A stretch of DNA of 64,000 bases from Sulfurospirillum sp. (GTDB lineage: Bacteria > Campylobacterota > Campylobacteria > Campylobacterales > Sulfurospirillaceae). A program made the position numbers and the translations under genes. Shown here piece after piece: positions 27,604 through 38,775 of this stretch (the stretch's first letter is position 1; each line of letters opens with the position of its first letter). The DNA lies in assembly GCA_045047115.1 (NCBI GenBank), contig JASFYR010000010.1, forward strand, positions 64,001 through 128,000, in the 5' to 3' direction. The notes under the pieces were generated by a model. That model did not search any database and was not told the origin of the DNA. It saw nothing but the letters and a program-made list of their open reading frames with translations.

Positions 27604-29517
27604 ATGAATATAAAAAAATACAAACTTTCCACAATGTTCTCCATCATGTTTGCTCTGGCTTTTATAATTATCTCTACAGTTTTTTACTATTTTAGCTACA
27701 CAAAACAAGCGACTTCCCTAAAAACAAATCTCAAATCTCAAGCCAGATCTATATTGGATTTTGCAGATGTTTTGCTTGACTCAAGAAATGAAAAGTTTTT
27801 CAGCGGAGAATCTTCCGAAGTCCCACAAATCATTCAAAATTCTGTATTTGATAAATTTACAAAAATCTCTGGCGGGAAAGTATTTTTCAAAGAAGCCTCA
27901 AAAAGTCCCACAAATGCAAAAAATCTTGCAACAAAATACGAAGCCTTGACGATAGACCAGTTTGCTGAAAATAGAAAATTAAAAGAGATAGCAAAGACAG
28001 TTAAAATTGAAGGCAAAGAGTACTATATGCTTTCAAGACCCATCATAGCCGAAAAAAGATGCAAGATGTGCCATCCAGCCTGGAAAAGCGGGGATGTCAT
28101 TGCGATAGAAGATGTAAAAATTGATATGAAAGATTTTTACAGTGCATTAAAAAACAGTTTGTTTATCACTATGCTAACAGGGCTTATAAACATAGTGATT
28201 ATTTTACTACTCATACAATTTATATTTAAAAGATATGTCTCAAACCGCATAAACAAACTACTTCAAGTTATCTTCAGGGTCGAAAAAGGTAACTTTGTCA
28301 TAGATGATCTACTGGAAAATGAATCTCTAAAACAAGGAAGTACCAACAATGAAATAGACAGACTCTTTAGACACTTGAAAAGAATGGTAAATGCCTTAAA
28401 ACCTGTCATCTCAAATGTCATAGAAGCAAGCAAACACATGGCCTTTCAATCAAGCTACAGCTATACAAAAATAGACGAAACAAACCAACAGGTACAACAT
28501 CAAAATGGGCTTCTTGTAAATTCAAAAGACTTGCTAAACAGTGCTTTAAATGAGAACAGTCAAATGAAGCAATCTCTTGATTCTTTACTGGATAGTTCAA
28601 GATTATCTCAAAAAATTGTTCAGCAAAGCAAAGAAGACATAGAAAATAATCTCAAAAAAGGTGAAGAAGCAGTTGAGTCAATGGACAATACATCACAAAC
28701 TATCAGTGATTTAAAGATATTTTCCAATGAAGTTTCAAAAATGACCAGTGTAATCACAGATATCGCAGACGAAACAAATCTCATTGCTTTAAATGCTGCG
28801 ATAGAAGCAGCTCGCGCAGGAGAACACGGAAGAAGCTTCTCTGTTGTAGCAGATAAAATCAGAGAACTTGCTGAAGTTTCGCTGAAGAATGCAAGTGATA
28901 TATCTATAGTTTTGAAAAAGATTGATCAAAAAATTGACAATGTATCAAAAAGTGCAGGAAACTCAAAAAATAGTGTTCTAAATCTTGTTGAAAACTCTCA
29001 ACAGATTAACAATAGTTTTGAAAAGATAAATGAAAGCTTCCGACTAATCTCCGATTCCTTACTAGAGTTTGACAGTGATTTTACAAAAGAATCAAAAATG
29101 CTTCGAGACACAGACAGCAACCTTAACGAAGTCAAAAAATCAAGTGCGGTATTGACAGATAATGCAGAAGAGACGAAAAAGATTATGGATTCTATATCGC
29201 ATAAAAGCGCACAGCTAAAAACACTTGCTGATGGATTTGAAGTTGTGCTTAACAACAGAACAGAAAAAAGAACCGTCCAAACGCCACCTTTAAAAGCAAA
29301 AGATGAAAAAGGCAGAGATGTTTTTGTCTTTGATTTATCTACAAATGGTGTATCTTTTTATTTTTTAAATACTCAAGATAGTCTAAACAAGGGTGAAAGA
29401 ATAACCCTGTATCTTCAAGATAAACACAAAAATAGTCAAATAATAAAATGCGAAATAATATACTTAAACAATAAAAACAGTGCAAATGTATATTTTTATG
29501 GCGCTAGAAAAATCTAA
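27604..29517 (+). CDS. Methyl-accepting chemotaxis protein with periplasmic c-heme (DUF3365-like) sensor and C-terminal PilZ-like domain
   Basis: Two TMs; SPTNAKN and CKMCH in the sensor; [38 protein letters not shown]-terminal RTEKR...DLSTNG. Confidence 0.85.
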   Translation: MNIKKYKLSTMFSIMFALAFIIISTVFYYFSYTKQATSLKTNLKSQARSILDFADVLLDSRNEKFFSGESSEVPQIIQNSVFDKFTKISGGKVFFKEASKSPTNAKNLATKYEALTIDQFAENRKLKEIAKTVKIEGKEYYMLSRPIIAEKRCKMCHPAWKSGDVIAIEDVKIDMKDFYSALKNSLFITMLTGLINIVIILLLIQFIFKRYVSNRINKLLQVIFRVEKGNFVIDDLLENESLKQGSTNNEIDRLFRHLKRMVNALKPVISNVIEASKHMAFQSSYSYTKIDETNQQVQHQNGLLVNSKDLLNSALNENSQMKQSLDSLLDSSRLSQKIVQQSKEDIENNLKKGEEAVESMDNTSQTISDLKIFSNEVSKMTSVITDIADETNLIALNAAIEAARAGEHGRSFSVVADKIRELAEVSLKNASDISIVLKKIDQKIDNVSKSAGNSKNSVLNLVENSQQINNSFEKINESFRLISDSLLEFDSDFTKESKMLRDTDSNLNEVKKSSAVLTDNAEETKKIMDSISHKSAQLKTLADGFEVVLNNRTEKRTVQTPPLKAKDEKGRDVFVFDLSTNGVSFYFLNTQDSLNKGERITLYLQDKHKNSQIIKCEIIYLNNKNSANVYFYGARKI

Positions 29518-31148
29518 TGGGGCAGTTTTATCGTAAACTCTGCTCCATTTTCTATATTTTGCACATCTATGCTGCCTTTAAATTTACTCTCTATAACCAA
29601 TCTTGACATATAAAGCCCTATGCCGGTTGATGGTGTTTTCTTTTTGCTTTTGAATGGTTTGAAGATATCATCTGCCGGTTCTATTTGAATACCGCCGGCA
29701 TTATCTGAAATCTTCAGAACAATATGAGTTTTTGTATCTTTCAAGAAAATAAGGACAGTTGGATTTTGGACTTGCCTGTTTCTGATAACATCTATCATAT
29801 TTTGCAAAATTGATAAGACAACATGAGCCAAAGAGTTTGAATTTCCAAAAATTGTAATCTTTGAATCTATCTCTTTTAGCAAATTTATTTGATTTAATTT
29901 CAACAAAGACTCTACAATTTTTAAAGCTTGATTTATAGAAATTATTGGATTAAAAGTACTATTTTGAGTTACCTTGTAAAAGTTTTGAAAATTTGTGATA
30001 GTATCAGACATAAACTGTATGATATCTTCATTTTTACTCACATCTTTTGCCAGTTCATTGTCTTTTAGTTTTTTTCTTATATACATGCAGTTAAAATTTA
30101 GCTCTGCCAAAGGTTGCCTCCATTGATGGGCGATGATAGCTATCATCTCACCAAGAGCTGCAAATTTTGCCTGTTGTTGAAGGAGTTGGTCTTTTAGCTT
30201 CTCTTTTGTAATATCCTGTACATTTGCCACTATCGCTATGGATTCATTTTCTCCGCTTGTCCCAAAAGAGATTCTGATTGGAAAAATATGTCCATTTTTA
30301 TTTACCGCCTCCATCTCTCCAACCTCACCGATTTTATCAAGATTTAACCTTTTGAGAAACTCTTTTACTCCATCATCATGTAAGATTTTATACTGCCTTG
30401 GGATTATCTTGTCAAATGCAGACTGATTGAGCATTTCTTCTTTGGTGTAGCCAAAAATTCTCTGTGCCATTTTATTGTAGGTTCGTATTCTCAAATCTCT
30501 ATCTAAAGTAATTATAGCATTTGTACTTGATTCTATGACAGCATTTGAGTAGTCTTTTTGTGCAGTCAAATCTTTTGTGTCTTGCTTTATCCTTCTATTT
30601 GCCGGCATAAAGATAAAAATAGCCTCAAAAAAAAGCGTAAAAAGCGTAAATATAAATATAAAAAACTCAACCTGCTTTAGTTTATCAGTATTGTTTCTTG
30701 CTTCCAAAAGATATAAATTTACAGCTTTATCTAAGTCTTTTAGCATTGCATTTGAGTGTTGCAAAAGATATGTCAGGCTCCTTCCATCACGAGAATTATC
30801 AAATCTTTTTGCATGAAACAGATAAGTCTGAACTTTTTTATCAAGCAAGACAGGTCTATGAAAATACAATTGCTTAAGCTCTTCTGACATATTAGCACTT
30901 ACAAGCTGTTTATGCGACTCTTCCATCTCTTTTATGATGGGCTCTAACTCTTTTATCTTATAATATATAGAATAAAACGCTATCTTTTGGGCAAATATCT
31001 TTTGACGGCTACTTAAGTTTATCATCTTGCCATTATCTGCTTGAGAAGCTATCAAATGGTCAAGATTAAAATATGCCAGTGTAGAAAGAAGCGCTATAAG
31101 AGAGAGAGCAAAAACATATCTCTTAGTGAAACTAATCGTCTTAATCAT
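29514..31148 (-). CDS. PAS sensor histidine kinase with PilJ/NarX-like periplasmic domain
   Basis: [13 protein letters not shown] after TM1; PAS ([10 protein letters not shown]); H-box [14 protein letters not shown] and GIGLY boxes. Confidence 0.9.
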   Translation of the reverse strand: MIKTISFTKRYVFALSLIALLSTLAYFNLDHLIASQADNGKMINLSSRQKIFAQKIAFYSIYYKIKELEPIIKEMEESHKQLVSANMSEELKQLYFHRPVLLDKKVQTYLFHAKRFDNSRDGRSLTYLLQHSNAMLKDLDKAVNLYLLEARNNTDKLKQVEFFIFIFTLFTLFFEAIFIFMPANRRIKQDTKDLTAQKDYSNAVIESSTNAIITLDRDLRIRTYNKMAQRIFGYTKEEMLNQSAFDKIIPRQYKILHDDGVKEFLKRLNLDKIGEVGEMEAVNKNGHIFPIRISFGTSGENESIAIVANVQDITKEKLKDQLLQQQAKFAALGEMIAIIAHQWRQPLAELNFNCMYIRKKLKDNELAKDVSKNEDIIQFMSDTITNFQNFYKVTQNSTFNPIISINQALKIVESLLKLNQINLLKEIDSKITIFGNSNSLAHVVLSILQNMIDVIRNRQVQNPTVLIFLKDTKTHIVLKISDNAGGIQIEPADDIFKPFKSKKKTPSTGIGLYMSRLVIESKFKGSIDVQNIENGAEFTIKLPH

Positions 31149-31204
31149 AAAAAATTCCTTAATAATTTTTATGTTATAATATTACCATACTAAAACAAAA
31201 GGTT

Positions 31205-31897
31205 ATGTTTATGGATGAAAAATATGAAATTCTTTTAAACAAAAGCTCTATCCTCTTGGCGGAAGATGAAGATAATGTAAGAGAGAGTTTCAAAAAAGTT
31301 CTTCTTCTATATGTAGATACCGTATATACGGCAAAAGACGGGGAAGTTGCTTACAATCTGTATAATAAACATCACCCAGATATAATTATAACAGATATAA
31401 AAATGCCAAAAATAAACGGCATAGAACTTATAAAAAAAATAAGGCCAAAAAACCCTGATATTCCGATTATTGTAACAAGTGCATACACGGATCAAGAGTT
31501 ACTGCTGGAGTCTATAAAACTCTCCTTAGTAGAATATGTCGTAAAACCGATCAAAGAAAAAGATCTAAACAGACTCTTAAAAGAGTGTGCACAAAAGCTT
31601 TATGAGAGTTCTGAAACTGTAGCAAGCATAGAGAAAGACAGTTCATATGATTTTGAAAATAAGATTTTCATACATAAAAACAAATCCATTCCTCTAACGC
31701 AAAAAGAGGTAGAATTTTTTGAATTGTTATTAGCCCACAAAGGTAATCTTGTTACCAAGCAAGACATAGAAGACAAGATATACATATACGAAGAGGCTCC
31801 TCCCTCAGCTCTTAAAAATCTAGTCTTCAAACTCCGAAAAAAGCTTGGCACAGACATAATAAAAACTGTCGGAAAACTCGGCTACACAATAGAATAA
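31205..31897 (+). CDS. OmpR family response regulator
   Basis: LLAEDE, ITDIKMP, TSAY, YVVKP; winged helix LKNLVFKLRKK; divergent from the kinase. Confidence 0.93.
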   Translation: MFMDEKYEILLNKSSILLAEDEDNVRESFKKVLLLYVDTVYTAKDGEVAYNLYNKHHPDIIITDIKMPKINGIELIKKIRPKNPDIPIIVTSAYTDQELLLESIKLSLVEYVVKPIKEKDLNRLLKECAQKLYESSETVASIEKDSSYDFENKIFIHKNKSIPLTQKEVEFFELLLAHKGNLVTKQDIEDKIYIYEEAPPSALKNLVFKLRKKLGTDIIKTVGKLGYTIE

Positions 31898-31913
31898 AAA
31901 AGAGGGGCTTCTT

Positions 31914-31968
31914 AGTTTCTTTTTGGTCTCTTTAACACTTTTTTAACGATAGCGACTCAAAAGAAACT
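31914..31968. promoter_or_regulatory. Composite repeat block upstream of nosZ
   Basis: AGTTTC-N5-GGTCTC (31914-31930) and inverted GCGACT-N5-GAAACT (31952-31968) flank TTAACA-N5-TTAACG (31932-31948); TAAAAT at 31979-31984. Confidence 0.5.
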
Positions 31969-32027
31969 CTACTTATAGTAAAATTCACCATAGACTATTA
32001 AAACAGTGTTAAAAAAGGTGCCGATTC

Positions 32028-32041
32028 TTGATAAGCATCAA
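32028..32041. promoter_or_regulatory. Crp/Fnr (Nss/DNR-type) box upstream of nosZ
   Basis: TTGAT-AAGC-ATCAA; centre 29.5 bp before TAAAAT (32064). Confidence 0.85.
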
Positions 32042-32105
32042 GTCTATTGGTAAATAATAACGATAAAATTTCGTTTCAAAAACAAGTTCATAAGGAGGAC
32101 ACGCG

Positions 32106-34709
32106 ATGAAGGATGTGTTTGGTAAAGCGTCAGCTTTATTAGCTACAACTGCACTACTTGCTACATTTGCTAGCGGTGCAACTGAGTTAGAAAAGGTGAT
32201 GAAGGAGAGACATTTATCTCAACAAGATCTCTTGGCAGCTGCCAAGACTTATCTACCAAGTGGCGGTAGAGATAAATACTTGGTTTTCAGCTCAACGGGT
32301 CAAGCTGGACAAATAATGGTATATGGTGTACCATCTATGAAGATACTAAAGTACATAGGTGTATTTACGCCGGAACCTTGGCAGGGCTGGGGATATGATG
32401 ATGACACCAAGAAGATTCTTGCTGAGGGAAACATAAGAGGCAAGAAGATAACTTGGGGTGATACTCACCACCCGGGACTTTCAGAAACAAATGGTAAATA
32501 TGACGGAAGATGGTTGGTTATCAACGACAAAGCAAATCCTCGTATTGCTGTTATAGATTTGAAAGACTTTGTTACAAAACAGATAGTTGTAAACCCTGTT
32601 TTCAAAAGTGATCACGGTGGGGCTTTCTTTACTCCAAACAGTGAGTATATCCTGGAAGCTTGCCAATATGCAGCTCCACTGGATAACAACTGGCACCCTA
32701 TGAGTGACTACGCTGAGACTTATCGCGGTGGTGTTACTATTTGGAAATTTAACCACAAAACCGGAAAGATCAATGTAAAAAAATCTTTTACACTTGAACT
32801 TCCTCCATATATGCAAGATTTGTCTGATGCCGGTAAAGAGGCAAGTTATGGTTGGGGTTTTACAAACAGTTTCAATTCAGAGATGTACACAGGTGGTATA
32901 GAAAAAGGTCTTCCTCCATTTGAGGCAGGATGTTCTAGAAATGATACTGACTTTTTGCAGGTATATAACTGGAAAAAACTTGCAAAACTTGCAAAAGATC
33001 CAAAAAATGTAAAAGTTATAAACGGTCATAGAGTTATTCCTATATCTGTAGCTGTTAAAAACAATGCACTGTTTTTAGTTCCTGAGCCAAAATCACCACA
33101 CGGTGTTGATGTTACTCCCGATGGTAAATATGTAGTAGTTTGCGGTAAACTAGATACTCATGCCAGCGTATATGACTTTGCAAAAATGATGAAACTTTTT
33201 AAAAATAAAGAGTTTGCAGGCAAAGATCCTTTTGGTATTCCAATTCTTGATATGAAAAAAGCTTTACACTGTCAAGCAGAGTTGGGTCTTGGACCATTGC
33301 ATAATCAAATCGGTAAACACTGGAAAAAAACTGGTGAGATTTATACTTCACTATATGTTGACAGCCAGGTTGTCAGATGGAGTTACCTAACTTGTAAAGT
33401 AAGTGACAGAATGAATGTTAACTACAACATCGGTCACCTTTGCGGTATGGAAGGTAAAACTGAAGATCCTCAGGGTGATTATATCATCGCTCTAAACAAA
33501 CTATCTATCGATAGATTTGACAGAATCGGACCTTTGCATCCACAAAACCACCAGTTGATTGATATCCGTGGCAAAAAAATGCAAATGCTTTATGACTTAC
33601 CTATAGGACTGGGTGAACCTCACCAGGCAGTTGCTATAAGAGCTAGTAAAATTCATCCTTATGTAAGATATAAGATGGGATACAATCCTTTTACAGACAA
33701 GCCGCATATCGGTAAAACTCTAGCCGGTCAAGAGAAAATTGTCAGAAAAGGCAAGCATGTATATGTTTATGGTACTATGGTAAGATCTCACATCAACCCA
33801 GAACATGTAAATGTAAATCTAGGCGATACTGTAACTTTCTATCTTACAAACCTAGAGAGAGCAGAAGATGAGACTCACGGTTTTACAGTTGACCAATACA
33901 ATGTACACGCTTCACTAGAGCCTGGTAAAACTGTAGCACTATCATTCAAAGCTGATAGAGAAGGAATTTTTCCTTACTACTGTACAGAATTTTGTTCAGC
34001 TCTTCACCTTGAAATGATGGGATACCTACTAGTTAAAGATCCGAATAAAAAGTATGCGAAAGTCGCCAGATTGAAAATGGCTAAAATGAGTCCAAAACAA
34101 CTAAAAGCAGAGTATGACAAAACAGTAGCTGTAAACAAAGCAACTGACGCTGTTATCCAAAGTGTTGTTAAGTTTTTGAAAGAGAATCACTACGAAAAAT
34201 ATCCTGTAGTTAAAAATCTTGTTGTTGATGCGCTTGACCAATACGGTAAAATTGCTAAACAAAAGAAACTTTCAAATAAAGAAGTAAAAGCCGGAAATCT
34301 AAATAAAGCAATTTTGTTTGAAAATATGATTTGGCAATATATGGTAAAAACTGCCGATGTTGGAATTAGAGCAAGAGATTTACTTGTCAAAAAAATTGCA
34401 ACTCCTATGAGTGCAGCTGCCCAAAGAGGACACGCTGCTTATCTAGAGGGCGGCTGTAACGGTTGTCATGTTATCGGAAAAGTTAGTTCTGGTCCAGACC
34501 TGGTTGGTGTTTTGGGAAGACATGAAAATGGTGCAAAATGGGTCAAAGAGTGGATATTAAATCCTGAAAAAATGTACAAAAATCCGTATATTAAATCTAT
34601 GACCAATTATTTCAACCTAAGAATGCCTAACCAAGGTATGAAGCCTCACGAAGTTGATGATATCATCGAATATCTAAAATGGATAGATAAAAACGCTAAC
34701 TTGTTTTAA
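32106..34709 (+). CDS. nosZ: Sec-dependent clade II nitrous-oxide reductase with C-terminal cytochrome c domain (cNosZ)
   Basis: CuZ His motifs DTHHP, SDHGG, SPHG, GPLH, NIGH, EPH; CuA CTEFCSALHLEM; C-terminal CNGCH; no twin-Arg in the signal peptide. Confidence 0.97.
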   Translation: MKDVFGKASALLATTALLATFASGATELEKVMKERHLSQQDLLAAAKTYLPSGGRDKYLVFSSTGQAGQIMVYGVPSMKILKYIGVFTPEPWQGWGYDDDTKKILAEGNIRGKKITWGDTHHPGLSETNGKYDGRWLVINDKANPRIAVIDLKDFVTKQIVVNPVFKSDHGGAFFTPNSEYILEACQYAAPLDNNWHPMSDYAETYRGGVTIWKFNHKTGKINVKKSFTLELPPYMQDLSDAGKEASYGWGFTNSFNSEMYTGGIEKGLPPFEAGCSRNDTDFLQVYNWKKLAKLAKDPKNVKVINGHRVIPISVAVKNNALFLVPEPKSPHGVDVTPDGKYVVVCGKLDTHASVYDFAKMMKLFKNKEFAGKDPFGIPILDMKKALHCQAELGLGPLHNQIGKHWKKTGEIYTSLYVDSQVVRWSYLTCKVSDRMNVNYNIGHLCGMEGKTEDPQGDYIIALNKLSIDRFDRIGPLHPQNHQLIDIRGKKMQMLYDLPIGLGEPHQAVAIRASKIHPYVRYKMGYNPFTDKPHIGKTLAGQEKIVRKGKHVYVYGTMVRSHINPEHVNVNLGDTVTFYLTNLERAEDETHGFTVDQYNVHASLEPGKTVALSFKADREGIFPYYCTEFCSALHLEMMGYLLVKDPNKKYAKVARLKMAKMSPKQLKAEYDKTVAVNKATDAVIQSVVKFLKENHYEKYPVVKNLVVDALDQYGKIAKQKKLSNKEVKAGNLNKAILFENMIWQYMVKTADVGIRARDLLVKKIATPMSAAAQRGHAAYLEGGCNGCHVIGKVSSGPDLVGVLGRHENGAKWVKEWILNPEKMYKNPYIKSMTNYFNLRMPNQGMKPHEVDDIIEYLKWIDKNANLF

Positions 34710-34721
34710 TCTCTCCTTTCA

Positions 34722-34754
34722 CAATGCACCGAAATCAAAGATTTCGGTGCATTG
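34722..34754 (+). terminator. 15-bp perfect hairpin after nosZ
   Basis: CAATGCACCGAAATC-AAA-GATTTCGGTGCATTG. Confidence 0.75.
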
Positions 34755-34861
34755 AACATGACTTTTACATAATAAAAACTTATTTTAATTTTATACTTAT
34801 TTAACACTTCTACTGTATAATATATAAAGTTAAAATAAGAAAAAAACATAAAGGCAGACAC

Positions 34862-35644
34862 ATGAACAGTTCTTTGATAAAATCAAGAATTTTCGCTCTA
34901 TTGGCACTTGGAATTCTACTCTATTTCTTTGTAATTCCGGTAGTTTTCACTCACAATGTTGTAGAGATGAAAAAAGAAGGTATGGGAGATAAAATCTCAC
35001 CATTAACAGCAAAAGTATGGAACTATTACAAAAAAGGCTCATATGTGAGTCCTACTGTTCCAAAGAAAATAGCAGGAGATTTAAAAAAACTCATAGATGA
35101 AGACATGGAAGTAGGAGTTGTATCGTCTCCAATTTGGTATGTTGCACTTGAAGCTCCAAACTATCCAAAAAAATCTTTTCCAAACGGTATCCCTGTTTAC
35201 TATCATTTTGACGGATTTAGCGGAGATGTGTTTGAGATGGAGACCATAAACCACTTTATCGGCATGGATCCGATGGACAGAGGCGCTCCATATCTTAGGA
35301 TGGCAGCTCCTTATGCTTTGGTATTTACTGCACTTCTCATAGTGCTGTTTATGGTATATAGATCAAAGATATTAAATCTTCTTATGCTTATACCTATATC
35401 ACTACCGCTTATCTTTATAGGGTTTTACTCTTATTGGCTATACTGGTTTGGACACCATATGCACCAATGGGGAGCATTTAAGATAAAACCGTTCACACCC
35501 ACCGTTTTTGGAGATGGAAAAGTTGCACAGTTTACAACGCATTCATACCCAACTACCGGTTTTTGGCTTTTAGTAGCAATAAGCGTGCTTTGTTTGCTTG
35601 CTGTTGTTTCAAAAAGCAAAGCACTAAAACAAGAGAGCAAGTAA
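34862..35644 (+). CDS. nosB: Clade II nos membrane protein NosB
   Basis: WYVALEAPNYP, INHFIGM, WLYWFGH, FTTHSYP; immediately after nosZ. Confidence 0.88.
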   Translation: MNSSLIKSRIFALLALGILLYFFVIPVVFTHNVVEMKKEGMGDKISPLTAKVWNYYKKGSYVSPTVPKKIAGDLKKLIDEDMEVGVVSSPIWYVALEAPNYPKKSFPNGIPVYYHFDGFSGDVFEMETINHFIGMDPMDRGAPYLRMAAPYALVFTALLIVLFMVYRSKILNLLMLIPISLPLIFIGFYSYWLYWFGHHMHQWGAFKIKPFTPTVFGDGKVAQFTTHSYPTTGFWLLVAISVLCLLAVVSKSKALKQESK

Positions 35645-35654
35645 AAGTACTATT

Positions 35655-36875
35655 ATGAGATGGTTGTATATAATTTTAATCTCCTTTTTACCGCTAATTG
35701 CAGCAAACAGATTGCAAATTGCGATAGATTTAGCGGAACCTGGTTCACTTCTTGAATTGCCTGCTGGTATATACAGGGGAAATATAGTTATAAATAAACC
35801 TCTCATAATTGATGGCAAGAATCAAAAAGCCATCATAGAAGGAAGCGGCAAAGGTACAGTTGTAAGAATCAAAAGCTCTTATGTAACTATAAAAAATCTT
35901 ATCATCAGGCATAGTGGTCAAGAGCATGAGAAACTCGCAGCCGGAATCGCTATCAAAAAAGCAAAGCATGTTAAAGTTTTAAATTGCAAAATTTTAGATG
36001 TTTTGTTTGGAATTGATTTACAACAAGTCAGCGAAAGTGATATAAGTGATAATTACATCACTTCAAAACCCTTTACTTTGGGTTTAAGAGGTGATGCCAT
36101 AAGACTTTGGTATAGCAATGACAACACGCTTAAGAACAATAGAATTATAAAATCAAGAGATTTTATAGTATGGTACAGTCATGGAAATTTGATAGAGAAA
36201 AACTACAGTGAATACTGCAGATACTCTTTGCATTTTATGTACACAGGGAAAAATATAGTAAAAAATAACACTTTTAAACACAATAGTGTGGGTATATTTT
36301 TTATGTACTCTCAAGATACCGAGGTTTATGGCAATGTGATAGAAAATTCACTTGGAACTACGGGTCTGGGCATAGGTTTAAAAGATTGTTCGAACTATAC
36401 ACTAAAAGACAATACTATGATTTACTGTGCAAGGGGACTCTATCTTGATAGATCTCCGTTTCAGCCGGGAACTCATAATTATATAGAGGAAAACAAACTG
36501 TTATACAACAGTATAGCTGTAAAATTTCACTCTTTAAGCATAGCAAATATTTTTAAGAAAAATATCATAAAAGGCAACATAGAAAATGTAGTAAACGATT
36601 CATTCAACAGAAAAGTTACGCAAAATATATGGAATGGAAATTACTGGGATAATTATCAAGGATTTGATAGAAACAATGACGGAGTCGGAGACACACCTCA
36701 CATAGAGAAATTTTATGCAGATAGAATGTGGCACTCTAATCCTGATATTAGGTTTTTTTATGGCTCACCGGTCATAACTATCATAAACTTTTTGGCTAAA
36801 CTTGCTCCTCTTTCGGAGCCGGTTATACTAGCCATAGACAAACAACCAAAGATGAGTATAGGAGGGGTCCTTTGA
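35655..36875 (+). CDS. nosD: N2O reductase maturation protein NosD
   Basis: RGDAIRLWYS, RYSLHFMY, GNYWDNYQGFDRNNDGVGD, GSP. Confidence 0.95.
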   Translation: MRWLYIILISFLPLIAANRLQIAIDLAEPGSLLELPAGIYRGNIVINKPLIIDGKNQKAIIEGSGKGTVVRIKSSYVTIKNLIIRHSGQEHEKLAAGIAIKKAKHVKVLNCKILDVLFGIDLQQVSESDISDNYITSKPFTLGLRGDAIRLWYSNDNTLKNNRIIKSRDFIVWYSHGNLIEKNYSEYCRYSLHFMYTGKNIVKNNTFKHNSVGIFFMYSQDTEVYGNVIENSLGTTGLGIGLKDCSNYTLKDNTMIYCARGLYLDRSPFQPGTHNYIEENKLLYNSIAVKFHSLSIANIFKKNIIKGNIENVVNDSFNRKVTQNIWNGNYWDNYQGFDRNNDGVGDTPHIEKFYADRMWHSNPDIRFFYGSPVITIINFLAKLAPLSEPVILAIDKQPKMSIGGVL

Positions 36876-37657
36876 ATCCTGAAGATAAAAAAAGAAGAAA
36901 ATTTATAAAGCAGATGACAGGCCTTGGTGTCTTGGGTCTTGCCAGTGGTGCCGGTATATACCTTGCACCTGAATTAAAAGCAAATGAATTAAGACTAAGA
37001 CCTCCTGGAGCAGTAGAGGAAGATCAGTTTTTAAAACTTTGCATAAAATGCGGTCAATGCCTGCAAGTATGCCCCTATGACGCCATAGAGCTAGAGGACA
37101 TAGATGGAGGAGCGAGTGTTGGTATGGCATATATCGATCCGCAAAAGCGTGGATGCTATCTGTGTGAAGCATTTCCTTGCATGTTGGCATGTCCTAGTGG
37201 AGCACTTAATCACGAACATGACAATATAAAATATGTCCAGATGGGCATTGCAGTTCTTGCAAATACGGATGGCTGTTTGGCACTTCATAACAAACCTGTT
37301 CCGAACAGTGCAGTTGATGCTATATATGAACATACAAAAGTTTTATCATCAAAGCAAAGAAAGGAACATAAAACTTTCTTAACCGGAACAGAAAAAGAGA
37401 AGGTAAAACTACAAAAACAACTTTTGATTAAATTGGATAAATTTAGAGACAAGCCTTGTACAATTTGCGCAGATATGTGTCCATATCCGACACCGGCTAA
37501 TGCGATAGGAATGATAAAAAAAGACGGCGGGTTGATACCTGAGATAAGAGATGCTTGTGTTGGGTGTGGGGCTTGTGTAGAGCTTTGTCCAACAAAAGTT
37601 CTCAAAATTATACCGGCACAAACTTATGCCAGCGTATATAAGAAAGGTAAAAAATGA
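36872..37657 (+). CDS. nosG: NapG/MauM-type polyferredoxin NosG
   Basis: Tat-like RRKFIK, LRPPGA, CIKCGQCLQVCP, CYLC..PC..ACP, CVGCGACVELCP. Confidence 0.9.
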   Translation: MNPEDKKRRKFIKQMTGLGVLGLASGAGIYLAPELKANELRLRPPGAVEEDQFLKLCIKCGQCLQVCPYDAIELEDIDGGASVGMAYIDPQKRGCYLCEAFPCMLACPSGALNHEHDNIKYVQMGIAVLANTDGCLALHNKPVPNSAVDAIYEHTKVLSSKQRKEHKTFLTGTEKEKVKLQKQLLIKLDKFRDKPCTICADMCPYPTPANAIGMIKKDGGLIPEIRDACVGCGACVELCPTKVLKIIPAQTYASVYKKGKK

Positions 37658-38250
37658 TAAGCAAAAAAGTTATATTTACTTGTATTGTTTCAGGGGTACT
37701 TTTGTTTAGCGGTTGCGGTAAAAAAGAGAAGAAACAAGAAGAGGTGAAACAAGAGGTGACTACGCCTGCTACTATAAAAGTTACCAAAAATGCTGTAAAA
37801 GAATCAACAAAAAAAGAGATTTCAAAAGAGAATGGCGGACAGTTTTATTATGCTTATAACAAAGAAGATAAATCAAAAGAGGCTAAAGAGATAGATAAGT
37901 ACAATAACGAAACTTCAAAAACAAGAACCACGATAGATGCCTATCTTAACATAAAATCTCCTTATGAGCGAGTAAGAATCACTATGATGATAAAAAGACT
38001 AAGCAAGGACTACATCATCAAGTGTGCTGCTTGTCATGATGACTATGCAAATGGTATCATAGGTCCATCATTGTTAGACAAGAATAAAGATTTCATATAT
38101 AAAAGAATTATTGCTTTTAAAACCGGTAAGAGAAAAAATGTCTTAATGAAAGAGCTGGTTAGTCAGATTGATGACAAAAAACTTGAAAGCATAGCACAAG
38201 AGATAGCAAATTTTAACAAACAAATAAGAAAAATGAGGATGAAAAGATGA
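37654..38250 (+). CDS. nosC1: Monoheme cytochrome c lipoprotein NosC1
   Basis: Lipobox FSGC, CAACH, GIIGPSL; position in clade II cluster. Confidence 0.82.
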   Translation: MISKKVIFTCIVSGVLLFSGCGKKEKKQEEVKQEVTTPATIKVTKNAVKESTKKEISKENGGQFYYAYNKEDKSKEAKEIDKYNNETSKTRTTIDAYLNIKSPYERVRITMMIKRLSKDYIIKCAACHDDYANGIIGPSLLDKNKDFIYKRIIAFKTGKRKNVLMKELVSQIDDKKLESIAQEIANFNKQIRKMRMKR

Positions 38251-38765
38251 TCAAAAATGCAATAGCAGCTGTAGCAGTAGTATTGGCACTATGGGCGAGT
38301 ATAAATATGTTTAAATCGGATATGGAAGTACACAAGTTGGCAAATATAAAAAGGCTGATAAAGAAATCCGAGATAAAAGTTCATTTGGTTAAAGAATCTA
38401 CTATCAAAAAAGAGATTCAACAAGAGCAAAAATCAAACGCAAATGATAAGAAAAACACAGAGATGGATAAAAAGTTGCAAGCGCTAAGAAACAAAGTAGG
38501 AAATATTGCGGCATTTAAAGTTTCACCTCTATATAAGAAAAACTGTTCATCTTGCCACGGCACAACCGGAGAGGGAATAATCGGACCAAAACTAAGAGGA
38601 AGAAGCAAGGATTATATACTCAAAAACCTAAAAGAGTTTAAAACGGGAAAGAGAAAAAACTATGTAATGTACGGTTTACTTGGAAACCTAAGCGACCAAC
38701 AACTTGATGATTTAGCTACTGAGATAAGTACATTTCAAGCTAAATACGATAAAGCACAAAAGTAA
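38247..38765 (+). CDS. nosC2: Monoheme cytochrome c NosC2
   Basis: N-terminal anchor, CSSCHG, GIIGPKL, NYVM. Confidence 0.82.
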   Translation: MIKNAIAAVAVVLALWASINMFKSDMEVHKLANIKRLIKKSEIKVHLVKESTIKKEIQQEQKSNANDKKNTEMDKKLQALRNKVGNIAAFKVSPLYKKNCSSCHGTTGEGIIGPKLRGRSKDYILKNLKEFKTGKRKNYVMYGLLGNLSDQQLDDLATEISTFQAKYDKAQK

Positions 38766-38775
38766 AGAGTAAAAA

